Below, piece by piece: positions 28,889-38,540 of a stretch of 64,000 nucleotides of DNA. How positions within the stretch are numbered: the stretch's first letter is position 1; each line of letters starts with the position of its first letter. The DNA comes from Gemmatimonadota bacterium (GTDB taxonomy: Bacteria > Gemmatimonadota > Gemmatimonadetes > Palauibacterales > Palauibacteraceae). The stretch covers positions 18,413-82,412 of the forward strand of contig JBDHAC010000007.1 in NCBI GenBank assembly GCA_039588275.1. The letters are read 5' to 3'. A program made the position numbers and the translations under genes. The notes under the pieces are model-generated. The model searched no databases, was not told where the DNA came from, and saw only the letters and a program-made list of their open reading frames with translations.

Positions 28889-29656
28889 TTAGTGACCGCC
28901 GGCCGGAACCAGCATCAGACCGAGGATCATCACCGCGACGCCCAGCAGGAACGCGAGGGTATTGCGCCGGCGACCGCTCGCCTGGCCCTCGGGGAGGAGA
29001 TCGGCGGCCCCCACGTACAGGAACGTCCCGCCCGACGCCGCCAGGAAGATCCCCAGGAGCATCGTGCTCGCGTCACGCAACAGCGCGTAGCTCACGACGA
29101 CGGCGAGCGGCGTGATCAGAGCGACCCAGGTCGCGTAACGCGCGGCCTCCCGCCGCTCCAGGCCGCCGTGGTACAGCACGCTCATGGTGGCGATCCCCAC
29201 CGGCAGCTTGTGCGATACGACGAGCGACAGGATCACCGCCCCTGTGAGGAAGCTCGCCGAAAAGCCCGCCCCCACCGCGAGCCCGTCCAGAAGCGAGTGG
29301 AGCGCGAGTCCGAGGATCGCGGCCCAGCCGACTTGGTCCGGGTGGTCGTGGTGGGCCTCGTCCTCCCCTTCCTCGGCGCGGGCGTGCGGGTGTGGGAGGA
29401 AATGGTTCTCGGCGATGTACAACAGGATGAACGCGCCCAGACCCCATGCCATCGACGCACTCGATCCGATCATTTCGCCGGCACGCGTCAGGAGGTGGAG
29501 CAACGAGCCCGCTACCAGCAGCCCGCTGGCAAACGTGATCAGCTCGGGGGTGTGCCGACGGGCCCATGCCTCGTGACCCCACATCAGCCACACGCCGACC
29601 AGGCCGGCGACGCCCGCGATCGCGGCGAAAAGGACTACGGCGGGCCAGGTGGGCAT
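28889..29656 (-). CDS. ZIP-family divalent metal transporter
   Basis: LHSLLDGLAVG, SHKLPVG, GTFLYVGAADLLPE, His-rich loop HPH...HHDH. Confidence 0.93.
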   Translation of the reverse strand: MPTWPAVVLFAAIAGVAGLVGVWLMWGHEAWARRHTPELITFASGLLVAGSLLHLLTRAGEMIGSSASMAWGLGAFILLYIAENHFLPHPHARAEEGEDEAHHDHPDQVGWAAILGLALHSLLDGLAVGAGFSASFLTGAVILSLVVSHKLPVGIATMSVLYHGGLERREAARYATWVALITPLAVVVSYALLRDASTMLLGIFLAASGGTFLYVGAADLLPEGQASGRRRNTLAFLLGVAVMILGLMLVPAGGH

Positions 29657-29718
29657 CGGGCTCCTCGTCTGCTCCAGGCGGGGGGAAGCGCCGCGTCGGG
29701 CGAGTGCCAGCGCGACTT

Positions 29719-29750
29719 GATTGCACGTAATCGCCTACAAACCCTACATT
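29719..29750 (+). promoter_or_regulatory. Putative sigma70 promoter with overlapping imperfect palindrome
   Basis: TTGCAC (29721-29726), 18 nt, TACATT (29745-29750); GATTGC-AC-GTAATC dyad at 29719-29732; ATG 7 nt downstream. Confidence 0.5.
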
Positions 29751-29757
29751 TCGCGCG

Positions 29758-30111
29758 ATGTTAGGGCAATATCCTTCCCTTTGGCCGGTGCTGTTGCGGA
29801 GGCCGGGCGTGGCGCTTCTGGCGCTCCTCTCGGTGGGCGTACCCGTCAGTCTCCCCCTCGTGGACGCGGGTGAGCGCGTCGATGGGGCGTTTGTCGAGTC
29901 CAGCCACGACCCGGCGACGTGTCTTCGGGTGCACGACCACGCGGCCTGCTCGCAGTTGCTCAAGTCGTTCGCGGGGCTGTGGCCCGCGTGGCTCACCCCG
30001 CTCCGCCCTGCTCGGGCTAGAGGACCACTGTCTACTTCCGGGAAGGCTCCGCCACTCCGACTCTGGCCCGTCTCCCACGCACCTCGCGCCCCTCCGGAGA
30101 TCGCTCTCTGA
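29758..30111 (+). CDS. DUF2946-like upstream ORF with His/Cys cluster and C-terminal RAPP motif
   Basis: Hydrophobic N-terminal segment, ESSHDPATCLRVHDHAAC, Pro-rich linker, PRAPPEIAL-stop. Confidence 0.72.
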   Translation: MLGQYPSLWPVLLRRPGVALLALLSVGVPVSLPLVDAGERVDGAFVESSHDPATCLRVHDHAACSQLLKSFAGLWPAWLTPLRPARARGPLSTSGKAPPLRLWPVSHAPRAPPEIAL

Positions 30112-30225
30112 TTCGAAGGGTCCTATGACGGACCTGCGCATGGAGGAGCCTTCGCTTGATCCGTGCGTGACGCGCGCCCGTTGAAGCGCGTCTGACAGGA
30201 GCCAGACATCCTCGGAGGACCACAC

Positions 30226-31614
30226 ATGAAAGCCGATTATGCCAGGGCTGTGCGAGGCTCGCGCCGGGCCATCCTGGGTGTCGTCCTCGGCACCCTGGTG
30301 CCGGGCGTCCCGCTGGCCGCACAGGAGACCCGCGCCGATTCACTCGAGGCGCGTGTACGTCGCCTCGAAACGCTGGTCGATAGCCTGCTCGTCGAGTTGC
30401 GGCGCCAGCGAGCGGCGGAGGCGGGGCAAGCCGAGGCGGGGCAGGCGGAGGCGGCTCGACCGGAGGCGGATGAGCTCGCCGCCCTGCGAGCGGCGGCAGC
30501 AGCCGCGGCGGCGGAGGCGGCGCCCGCGGCCGCTATGGACACGGCAGGCGAAGCGGGTAGCCGCACGCGGAACCTGAACGTCCTCAACCCGGAGATCAGC
30601 GTCTCCGGCGACGTGGTCGGCGGCTTCCTGTCGCCATCCGAGGAGGACGACCGTGGGACCGCGTTGCCGCGCGAGTTCGAGTTCTCGTTCCAGGCCGCGC
30701 TGGACCCCTTCACGCGGACCAAGATCTTCCTCAGCAGAGAGGAGGAGCTGGAGATCGCCGGGCTCGAAGCCGTCATCGAGGGGGGCGGCCTCGGCGACGG
30801 CGAAGGAGGAGAGGGTGGAGGAGGACACGGCTCCGGGCTCGATCTGGAGGAGGGATACCTGTACTGGGTGGGTCTTCCGGGCGCGATCGGACTGAAGGCC
30901 GGTCGGTTTCGTCAGGAGATGGGGCTGTACAACCGCTGGCATACCCACGCGCTTCTCGAGGTCGAGCGGCCATTGCCGATCGGCGCCTTTCTCGGCGATG
31001 ACGGCCTGATCCAGACAGGCGCGTCCCTCACGCTCCCCAGCTTCCAGGTCGGGCCATCCACCCAGACCGTCACGTTCGAGACGGCGCTGGCCGACAACAA
31101 GCTGTTCGAAGGCGGCACGGACTTCTCGTACTCGGGGCGGGCTCAAAGCTTCGTTGACGTCTCGCCGAGCATGTATCTGCAGGTGGGAGCGAACGGAGTA
31201 TACGGCCGAAACGACGACCTCGACCTCGATGCCACGTTGTTCGGGCTGGACGTGGCGTTTCGATGGGCGCCGCCGTCGCAGGCACGCTACCGTGAGCTGA
31301 GGCTGAAGGGCGAGTGGTACTGGGCGGATCGCAACATCGGTCCCGAGAGCTTTTCGGGCAACGGGGGGTACGCCCAGGCCAGCTATCGTTGGGATCAGCG
31401 CTGGATCACCGGCTTCCGGGCCGATTGGCTGGACCACTTCGGAGACGACCCGACGGCCATTCAGCTGGTCCCGTCCGTTACCTGGTGGCAAAGCGAGTGG
31501 GTGCGACTGCGCCTCCAGTACCACTATTTGAAGCGCGCCGGCCTCGACGCCGACCATACGCTCCTGTTCCAGACCGTGTGGGCCGTCGGGCCGCACAAGC
31601 ACGAGACCTACTAA
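30226..31614 (+). CDS. Outer-membrane beta-barrel (porin-like) with N-terminal coiled coil, metal-uptake associated
   Basis: Signal peptide, coiled coil, LNPEISVSGD, NRWHTH, amphipathic strands, C-terminal GPHKHETY. Confidence 0.8.
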   Translation: MKADYARAVRGSRRAILGVVLGTLVPGVPLAAQETRADSLEARVRRLETLVDSLLVELRRQRAAEAGQAEAGQAEAARPEADELAALRAAAAAAAAEAAPAAAMDTAGEAGSRTRNLNVLNPEISVSGDVVGGFLSPSEEDDRGTALPREFEFSFQAALDPFTRTKIFLSREEELEIAGLEAVIEGGGLGDGEGGEGGGGHGSGLDLEEGYLYWVGLPGAIGLKAGRFRQEMGLYNRWHTHALLEVERPLPIGAFLGDDGLIQTGASLTLPSFQVGPSTQTVTFETALADNKLFEGGTDFSYSGRAQSFVDVSPSMYLQVGANGVYGRNDDLDLDATLFGLDVAFRWAPPSQARYRELRLKGEWYWADRNIGPESFSGNGGYAQASYRWDQRWITGFRADWLDHFGDDPTAIQLVPSVTWWQSEWVRLRLQYHYLKRAGLDADHTLLFQTVWAVGPHKHETY

Positions 31615-31656
31615 GGCAGGTCGCTGACAGACCTGCCACCAGGAGAGACGCGGAGC

Positions 31657-32757
31657 ATGAGAGACACGATGACGAGACGGTTCACCGCTACGCGTTGGGC
31701 CGCCCTCGCAGTCCTCCTGACCTCGATCGAGCCCACTCCGCTCGGCGCCCAAGACAGACTCAACGTGGTCGCCACGCTCCCGACGTACGCGGCGATCGCG
31801 CGCGAGATCGCGCGAGACCGGGCCGACGTGCGGGCCATAGCCCGAGGTGACGAGGATGCTCACTTCGTGAACCCGCGTCCGTCATTCGCGCGTCTGCTGC
31901 AATCCGCCGACCTGTTCATCTCGACGGGTCTGGACCTCGAGCTGTGGGTGCCGGGCCTGCTCGACCGCGCCAACAATCCGGACGTGTCCGAGGGAGGCCC
32001 CGGGCACGTCGTCGTCTACTCGGGGATCGAGCTGCTCGACATCCCCGCCTCCGTCTCACGATCGGGGGGCGACGTGCACGTGTTCGGCAACCCGCACATC
32101 CATACGGACCCGATCAACGGGATCCTCATCGGCCGGAATATCCTCGCGGGTCTGAAGCGGGTCGACCCGGACGGCTCCGCGACGTACGAGGCGAACGCGC
32201 GCGAATTCGAGGAGCGCGTCCTTCGCCGGCTGTTCGGCGATGAGCTGGTCGACATGCTGGGTGCCGGTGCCCTGTTCGGTCTAGCTCGCGCAGGCCAGTT
32301 TTGGAAGTTCGCGGAGGGCCAGGAGTTCGAGGGTCGACCTCTCGCGGAATACGTTGGCGGGTGGCTGGCGGAAGCCGAGCCCTTCCGCGGCGAGCGGATG
32401 GTGTGCTATCACAAGAACTGGGCATACTTCAGCGCGCGATTCCAGATCGAGTGCGCCATGTACGTAGAGCCCAAGCCGGGCATCCCGGCATCGCCGGGGC
32501 ACGTGCGGGACGTGATCGCCTTCATGGAGGCCAACTCGATTCCGGTGCTGTTCGCCGCCAATTACTTCAGCCAGCGTCAGGTCGAGCTCGTGGCCGATCG
32601 AAGTGGCGCGCTGCCGCTGCGGATCCCGGAGCACGTGGACGGAGAGGAAGACGTGGATGATTACTTCGATCTGTTCGACGCGTGGATCCCCTGTCTGGCG
32701 GTGGCCTTCCAGCAGGGAGAGGGTGTGGCTCACCGCTGCCCGCGTCACCACCCATAG
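31657..32757 (+). CDS. Metal ABC transporter substrate-binding protein (ZnuA/TroA family)
   Basis: EDAHFVNPRPS, GDVHVFGNPH, YHKNWAYF, EPKPGIP. Confidence 0.92.
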   Translation: MRDTMTRRFTATRWAALAVLLTSIEPTPLGAQDRLNVVATLPTYAAIAREIARDRADVRAIARGDEDAHFVNPRPSFARLLQSADLFISTGLDLELWVPGLLDRANNPDVSEGGPGHVVVYSGIELLDIPASVSRSGGDVHVFGNPHIHTDPINGILIGRNILAGLKRVDPDGSATYEANAREFEERVLRRLFGDELVDMLGAGALFGLARAGQFWKFAEGQEFEGRPLAEYVGGWLAEAEPFRGERMVCYHKNWAYFSARFQIECAMYVEPKPGIPASPGHVRDVIAFMEANSIPVLFAANYFSQRQVELVADRSGALPLRIPEHVDGEEDVDDYFDLFDAWIPCLAVAFQQGEGVAHRCPRHHP

Positions 32758-32822
32758 CATGCCTGACGCTCTCCCTGCGGCCAGCGGCGCACTGCGCGTG
32801 ACTGACGCGGCCTCCTGACGTC

Positions 32823-33653
32823 ATGCTCGAGTTCATGCTCGTGCCGCTCGTGGCGGCGCTCGTACTGGTCGGTATCCACGCGTACCTGGGCGTACACGTC
32901 ATCGCGCGCGGCGTGATCTTCGTGGATCTGGCGCTGGCGCAGATGGCCGCTCTCGGGTACACGGGCGCGACGCTGGCCGGGATCGAGCCCGGATCCACGG
33001 GCGGGTACGTGATCGGCGTCGCCGCGACGCTCCTCGGAGCCTTGATCCTGAGCTTCACGCGCCTCGAGCACGAGTTCATCACCCAGGAGGCGCTCATCGG
33101 CGTCATGTACGTGACGGCGTCGGCCGCGACCATACTGCTCGCCGCGCAAGCGCCGCGCGGATCGGAGCACGTGGAAGAGCTGCTCACGGGCACGCTTCTG
33201 TGGGTCACGTGGTCCGACGTGCTCCGGATCGGCGCGATCTACCTCGTCCTGGGTCTGATCTACTGGGCGCTGCGGCGACGGTTCTTGACGATTTCGCTAC
33301 GGCCCGCGGAGGCGCTAAGCCACGGGTGGAAGCTCAGGTGGTGGGACTTCGTGTTCTACGGGCTGTTCGGCGCCGTGGTGACCGTCTCGGTCGCCGTCGC
33401 GGGCGTTCTGGTGGTGTTCACCTTCCTGGTGATGCCGGCGGTGATCGCATTCCTGTTCACGCGCCGCCCGGGTCCGTTACTCGGCATCGCGTGGGCGAGC
33501 GGGACCGCCGCGACGGTGGCGGGGTTGGCCTTATCGTTCCGCTACGACCTCCCGACCGGGCCCATGGTGGTGTGCGCATTCGCGCTCGCGCTCGTGCTCG
33601 CGTTCGTCGCCCGCGCGGTGACGGGCCGCTCGGGAAGTCCCGGACCCTCGTAG
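32823..33653 (+). CDS. Metal ABC transporter permease (ZnuB/ABC-3 family)
   Basis: HAYLGVHVIARGVIFVDLALAQ, AGVLVVFTFLVMPA, DLPTG. Confidence 0.92.
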   Translation: MLEFMLVPLVAALVLVGIHAYLGVHVIARGVIFVDLALAQMAALGYTGATLAGIEPGSTGGYVIGVAATLLGALILSFTRLEHEFITQEALIGVMYVTASAATILLAAQAPRGSEHVEELLTGTLLWVTWSDVLRIGAIYLVLGLIYWALRRRFLTISLRPAEALSHGWKLRWWDFVFYGLFGAVVTVSVAVAGVLVVFTFLVMPAVIAFLFTRRPGPLLGIAWASGTAATVAGLALSFRYDLPTGPMVVCAFALALVLAFVARAVTGRSGSPGPS

Positions 33654-33690
33654 CCAGATCGCCGCAGGCTATCCGGCGATCGCCTGGTTA
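33651..33690. terminator. Hairpin between convergent permease and ggt
   Basis: GATCGCCG/CGGCGATC stem (33657-33681), extendable by TAGCCAG/CTGGTTA. Confidence 0.5.
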
Positions 33691-33707
33691 CACAGCTATC
33701 CCGTGGG

Positions 33708-35657
33708 CTACCATGCGATGCCGTAGTCGTCGCCGTGGTGGCTCGAGCCACCCCAGAACGACCCGTGCTCCCAGTCGAAGAAGATCGCGTTGATGGGACC
33801 CGACGTCCGCTCGCGGAACGTGAGCGAGTAGCCCATCTCGCGGAGCGCCGACCGTACCCAGGGGGGGGTCGCCTCCTGCAGGAGCAACCGCCCGGGCTGC
33901 GTCTCGTGATCTCCGAAAGAGCCTCGTAGCTGGTAGCTGTTGATGTTCGGGGCCTCCACGGCCTGCTGCACGTTCATCCCCCATTCGACCACGTTGAGGA
34001 AGAACTGGAGCAGGTTCTGATCCTGCGAGTCGCCCCCCTGCACGGCGAAGGAGAGGAACGGCTTGCCGTCCTTGAGCGCCATGCCGGGGGTGAGCGTCGC
34101 GCGCGGGCGCTTGCCCGGCTCGACCACGTTGTAGGGGTTCTCGGCCGCGTCCAGCACGAAGCTCTGCGCTCGCTGCGAGAGCCCGATCCCGGTGCCGCCG
34201 GCGATCACCGCCGGGATCCAGCCTCCCGATGGCGTGATCGACACGACCCAACCCTCTTCATCGGCGGCCTGGATGGACGTCGTCCCGAGGTAGAAGTCCT
34301 CCTCGAGCTTACGGATGCGGGCCTCGTCGAGCATCGCCATCCCGGCGCCTTGCTCGGTCGTGACCGCGTCGCCCGTCCTACCCCATTGATCCAGGTACTG
34401 TTTGAACGGATTCTCTTCGCCCTGGAACGGGTACGGATCTCCCGGGGCCGCGTCCGGATCGTTCTTCTCCCAATCGATCCCGTCCAGACGCGCCTTCGCG
34501 TAGTCCTTCGAGAGGAGCCCGACGATGGGCTCTGCCGGCGGGTAGTAGGGGTCGCCGTAGTAGAAGTCACGATCGGCGAACGCCAGGTTCATGACTTGGT
34601 ACAGCGCATGAATGTAGTTGGCGCTGTTGTACCCCATGGCTTCGAGGTCGAGCTGCTCGACCATGTTGAGCGCCTGCAGCATCACGGGACCCTGCACCCA
34701 GGTCGTGAGCTTGTAGACCTCGATCCCCTTGTAATCGGTGCTGACGGGCTCCTCGAGGTGGACCTGCCAGTTCCCCAGGTCTTCCATCGTGATCAGGGCA
34801 GCGGCCTCGCGCGCGCCGCGAACGAAGTCCTCGCCGATGTCGCCACGGTAAAACGCATCGTAGGCCGCGTAGATCGCTTCCTCACGGGATTGTCCGGCCT
34901 CGAGCGCCCCGGCCTCGGCGGCGACCAGCCTCTCGAGCGTTCGCTTGAGATCCGGCTGCCGGAAGATCTCGCCCACGCGCGGGGCCGGATCTTCCTCGTC
35001 GTCGGGGTGCGTCAGGTAAACCTCAATGGACGAGGGCCACTGTCGAATCTCGTCCAACGCACCGCGGATTCGACGCACGGGATCGGCCTCGATCGGGTAA
35101 CCTTCCGCCATCTCGATGGCGGGCTGCAGCACGTCGGCGAGGCTCAGGGTGCCCCACTCGGCGAGCATGGTCATCAGCCCGCCGGGCGTGCCGGGTGTTA
35201 CCGCCGACAACGGACCATACTGAGGCGGATACCGCTCATGGCCCTCGGACCGGTAGCGCTCCGGCGTCGCGCCGCTGGGGGCCACGCCAAGCGCGTTCAC
35301 CCCGATCACCTTGCCGGTGTTCGGGTTGTAGACCAGCGCCTGCGTCTCGCCGCCCCAACTGAGCACGTCCCACATCGTGGCTGTGGCCGCGAGCATGGCC
35401 GCCGCCGCGTCCACAGCGTTCCCACCCTGGTGGAACATGCGAGCCCCCGCCGTAGCCCCCAGGGGCTTGCCGGTTATCGCCACCCAATGAGATCCGTGCA
35501 GGACAGGCTTTGCCGTTTGCTGCGCGGTCAGTGGCAGTGCGGTTACCGTCGCGAGGGACGCTGCCAGGACGACGGACGCTCCGAGCCGCCCGGGGCTCCC
35601 CGAAGTCGGCCGAGTGTGGATGCGTCGTGAACCGAGGGATCGTGGCGCGCGGGTCAT
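33708..35657 (-). CDS. ggt: Gamma-glutamyltransferase family protein, exported
   Basis: GGNAVDAAAA, LAFADRDFYYGDP, catalytic GTTSIQAAD, PGKRPRATLTP, GGDSQDQ. Confidence 0.92.
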   Translation of the reverse strand: MTRAPRSLGSRRIHTRPTSGSPGRLGASVVLAASLATVTALPLTAQQTAKPVLHGSHWVAITGKPLGATAGARMFHQGGNAVDAAAAMLAATATMWDVLSWGGETQALVYNPNTGKVIGVNALGVAPSGATPERYRSEGHERYPPQYGPLSAVTPGTPGGLMTMLAEWGTLSLADVLQPAIEMAEGYPIEADPVRRIRGALDEIRQWPSSIEVYLTHPDDEEDPAPRVGEIFRQPDLKRTLERLVAAEAGALEAGQSREEAIYAAYDAFYRGDIGEDFVRGAREAAALITMEDLGNWQVHLEEPVSTDYKGIEVYKLTTWVQGPVMLQALNMVEQLDLEAMGYNSANYIHALYQVMNLAFADRDFYYGDPYYPPAEPIVGLLSKDYAKARLDGIDWEKNDPDAAPGDPYPFQGEENPFKQYLDQWGRTGDAVTTEQGAGMAMLDEARIRKLEEDFYLGTTSIQAADEEGWVVSITPSGGWIPAVIAGGTGIGLSQRAQSFVLDAAENPYNVVEPGKRPRATLTPGMALKDGKPFLSFAVQGGDSQDQNLLQFFLNVVEWGMNVQQAVEAPNINSYQLRGSFGDHETQPGRLLLQEATPPWVRSALREMGYSLTFRERTSGPINAIFFDWEHGSFWGGSSHHGDDYGIAW

Positions 35658-35736
35658 GGGTCACTCCTGTGGCTACGGCGGGTGAGGGCGAAATGTCGTG
35701 GCCGCCCGATGTCTCGGCAACCGTCGGCTGTCTGGC

Positions 35737-37029
35737 TCAACCGAGGTCGCACGCCCGCAGGTCGTCCAACGTCTCCCGACGTACGACTTCGCGCGCCTGC
35801 CCATCGCGTACGAAGACGACAGGCGAGCGTCCGACTCCGTTGTACCGGCTGGACATCGAGTAACCGTACGCTCCCGTGGCCGGCACCACGAGGAGCTCGC
35901 CCGGTGTCGTGTCCGAAGGCAGGAGCGCCTCTTCCGACACCACATCGCCGGTTTCGCAATGGCGACCGACGACGCGGAACGGCTGGTCGTGGAGGGCGCC
36001 GGGTCGCTCCGCGCACAGGACTTCGTATCGCGCCCCATATAGCGCGGGCCGCGGGTTGTCGGACATGCCCCCGTCGACCGCGATGAGCTCTCGACCTTCC
36101 GGCAGCCGTTTTCGGGCCTCGGTCCGGTACAACGTCACCCCGGCGTTCGCGATCACCGAGCGGCCGGGCTCCACCAGCAGCCGGTGCGTACCGAGGCGAT
36201 CGCCGGCGCGCGCTTCTTCGAGGCCCTCGAATAGCGCGTCTGCAAGCGCCGCCGGGGTGAGCGTGGGGTCGGTCCGCAGGTACGGCACCGCGAGCCCGCC
36301 ACCCAGGTCGAGCTCCACCGGGTCACCGAAATGGCCACGAAGCGGCTCGATGAAGTCGACGGCCGCCTTCGCCGTCCGTTTGTACGTGTCCAGATCGCGA
36401 ATCTGGCTTCCCACGTGGATGTGAATGCCTGCCAACCGGAGTGACGGCCAGCGATTCATGTCGGCCACGGCGCCGGCCGCCGTCCGTGCATCCATGCCGA
36501 ACTGCGCGCCAAGGCCGGTGGTCTTCACCTTCGGGTGTGTGATCGCGGCTACATCGGCGTTCAGGCGCAGCAGGAGGCGCACCTCTTTGCCGCTCGCCAC
36601 GGCGCCGTCGGCCAGCGTATCCAACTCTCCGGGGTGATCCACGACGACTCGCCCGATGCCCACCTCGATCGCTCGGGCGAGCTCGGCCGCCGGCTTCGCG
36701 TTCCCGTGCATCAGGATGCGGGAAGTCGCCATGCCTCCGCGTCGAGCGATCTCCAACTCGCCGGCGGAGACCACGTCTATCCACCAATCCGTTTCGTTCA
36801 GCAGCCCGACGAGGGCGCGGCAGAGGAATGCTTTGCCAGCGTAGACGAGCGTGGTCACCGGTCCGAACGCGTCGCGATACGCGGCGAGTCGGGCGCGAAC
36901 ATGCGCTTCGTCGACGATATACGCGGGGGTCCCGAATCTCTTGGCGAGCGCCTGCAGCTCGACTCCGGCGAGGCTGGCGCCCCCGTTCTCCGCATGCCAC
37001 GAGTCCGGCAGGACGTTCGAGAGCGCCAC
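35737..37029 (-). CDS. lysA: Diaminopimelate decarboxylase
   Basis: YAGKAF (PLP Lys), HIHVGSQI, EPGRS, DGGMSDNPRPALY, CETGD, GAYGYSMSSRYN. Confidence 0.93.
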   Translation of the reverse strand: MALSNVLPDSWHAENGGASLAGVELQALAKRFGTPAYIVDEAHVRARLAAYRDAFGPVTTLVYAGKAFLCRALVGLLNETDWWIDVVSAGELEIARRGGMATSRILMHGNAKPAAELARAIEVGIGRVVVDHPGELDTLADGAVASGKEVRLLLRLNADVAAITHPKVKTTGLGAQFGMDARTAAGAVADMNRWPSLRLAGIHIHVGSQIRDLDTYKRTAKAAVDFIEPLRGHFGDPVELDLGGGLAVPYLRTDPTLTPAALADALFEGLEEARAGDRLGTHRLLVEPGRSVIANAGVTLYRTEARKRLPEGRELIAVDGGMSDNPRPALYGARYEVLCAERPGALHDQPFRVVGRHCETGDVVSEEALLPSDTTPGELLVVPATGAYGYSMSSRYNGVGRSPVVFVRDGQAREVVRRETLDDLRACDLG

Positions 37030-37098
37030 GCTGCGCGTGATCTCGCTTGCCGAGGCGCTAGGCGGCCGCGACGCGGCGCGCGGTGCGGCGGCGTGGCG

Positions 37099-38520
37099 TC
37101 AAAGCAGGACGCCCAGGACGCCGAACCCCACGATCGCCGCTCCCCCCGCGGTCAGCGCGAATGGGAGCTGCGTGCGGACGTGCTCGATGTGATCGGTTGC
37201 CGATGCCAACGACGAGATGATCGTCGTGTCGCTGATCGGGCTGCAGTGATCTCCGAAGATCCCTCCCGACAGCACGGCTGCCACGAACGGCGCCGCCGGC
37301 AGCGAGAGCGCCTCGGCGAGCGGGACGGCCACGGGGAGCATGATCGCGAATGTGCCCCAGCTGCTCCCGGTCGCGAACGCGATTCCGCTGCCCACGACGA
37401 ACACCAGCGGCAGGAGGACTGCGACCGGGACTCGCCCACCGACCACTCCGGCGACGTACTCCCCGGTCCCCAGGGCGTCGGTCACGGAGCCCAGGGTGAT
37501 CGCCAGCCACAGGACGAGCGCCATCCCCGTGAGCGCCGCGGATCCCTTGAGGCTCACCTGGCTGAGCCCTTCCAGGTCCAGCGTCCCCTGCGCCAGCGTC
37601 AGGATCCAGGCGACGCCGAGACCTGCGAGGACGGCCCATACCACGCTCGTGGATCCCGAGCCCTGTGAAATGTCTCCGGCGCCCGTGATGTACATGAAGG
37701 CCGGCATGCAGGCGACCATGACGACGATCGGGATCACCATGTTGCGGGGGCGAAGGTCGGTGCCTGCTGGCGGCTCGGGCGCGATCTCGCCCGGGTCCGC
37801 GAGCGCCACCGCATGATCCCATTGGAGCTTACCGCCGCGCGTGCGTTCTTCCGCCTTTCCCATCGGACCCCACTCCAGCCCGAAGAAGGCCACGATGCCC
37901 GCCAGGGTGAGCGCCCCCATCGCGTACATGTTGAGCGGAATCGCGATCAGGAACGTCTTGAGCGGCTCGTCGACTCCCAGGCCGGCGAGGATGCCGAGGA
38001 TGTAGGCACCCCACGCGTTGAACGGGATCAGGATGCACACGGGGGCGGACGTGGAGTCGACCAGATACGCGAGCTTCTCTCGTGACACGCGGAAGCGGTC
38101 GAACAGGGGGCGGCAGATCGAGCCGGCGACCAGGATCGTGAGGTTGGATTCGATGAAGATCACGAGTCCGATGACCCAGGCGAGGATCTGTGCGCGTCTC
38201 CCGCTCGTGACGAAGCGTCGGCGTTCGACCCAGCTCACGAAGCCGCGCACGCCACCGTTCGCTTCCACGACCGCGATCAAGGCCCCTATCAGGAACGTGA
38301 ACACGATCACCTGGGCGCTGCCCAGATCGGCCAGGATGCGGATGGTGCCCTCGATGGCATCCGCCATGCCCGCGGCCGGATTCCAGCCGGCCATGATCGT
38401 GAACCCGAGCCAGATGCCGGCCGCCAGCGACAGGTAGACCTGGCGGGTGTACACCGCCAGGCCGATCGCCAGCAGAGGCGGCAGCAGCGAAAGCAGGCCG
38501 TACGTCGTCGAGCTCTCCAT
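37099..38520 (-). CDS. NhaC-family Na+/H+ antiporter-like (probable amino-acid) transporter
   Basis: LSLLPPLLAI, REKLAYLVDSTSAP, FATGSSWGTFAIM, GDHCSPISDTTIISS, HVRTQLP. Confidence 0.92.
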   Translation of the reverse strand: MESSTTYGLLSLLPPLLAIGLAVYTRQVYLSLAAGIWLGFTIMAGWNPAAGMADAIEGTIRILADLGSAQVIVFTFLIGALIAVVEANGGVRGFVSWVERRRFVTSGRRAQILAWVIGLVIFIESNLTILVAGSICRPLFDRFRVSREKLAYLVDSTSAPVCILIPFNAWGAYILGILAGLGVDEPLKTFLIAIPLNMYAMGALTLAGIVAFFGLEWGPMGKAEERTRGGKLQWDHAVALADPGEIAPEPPAGTDLRPRNMVIPIVVMVACMPAFMYITGAGDISQGSGSTSVVWAVLAGLGVAWILTLAQGTLDLEGLSQVSLKGSAALTGMALVLWLAITLGSVTDALGTGEYVAGVVGGRVPVAVLLPLVFVVGSGIAFATGSSWGTFAIMLPVAVPLAEALSLPAAPFVAAVLSGGIFGDHCSPISDTTIISSLASATDHIEHVRTQLPFALTAGGAAIVGFGVLGVLL

Positions 38521-38540
38521 ACGCGCTGACTAACCGGCCA

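Noticed and set aside
37030..37098. Lysine riboswitch before lysA or the NhaC gene
   Set aside because: Intergenic gaps (about 70 nt and 20 nt) are too short.
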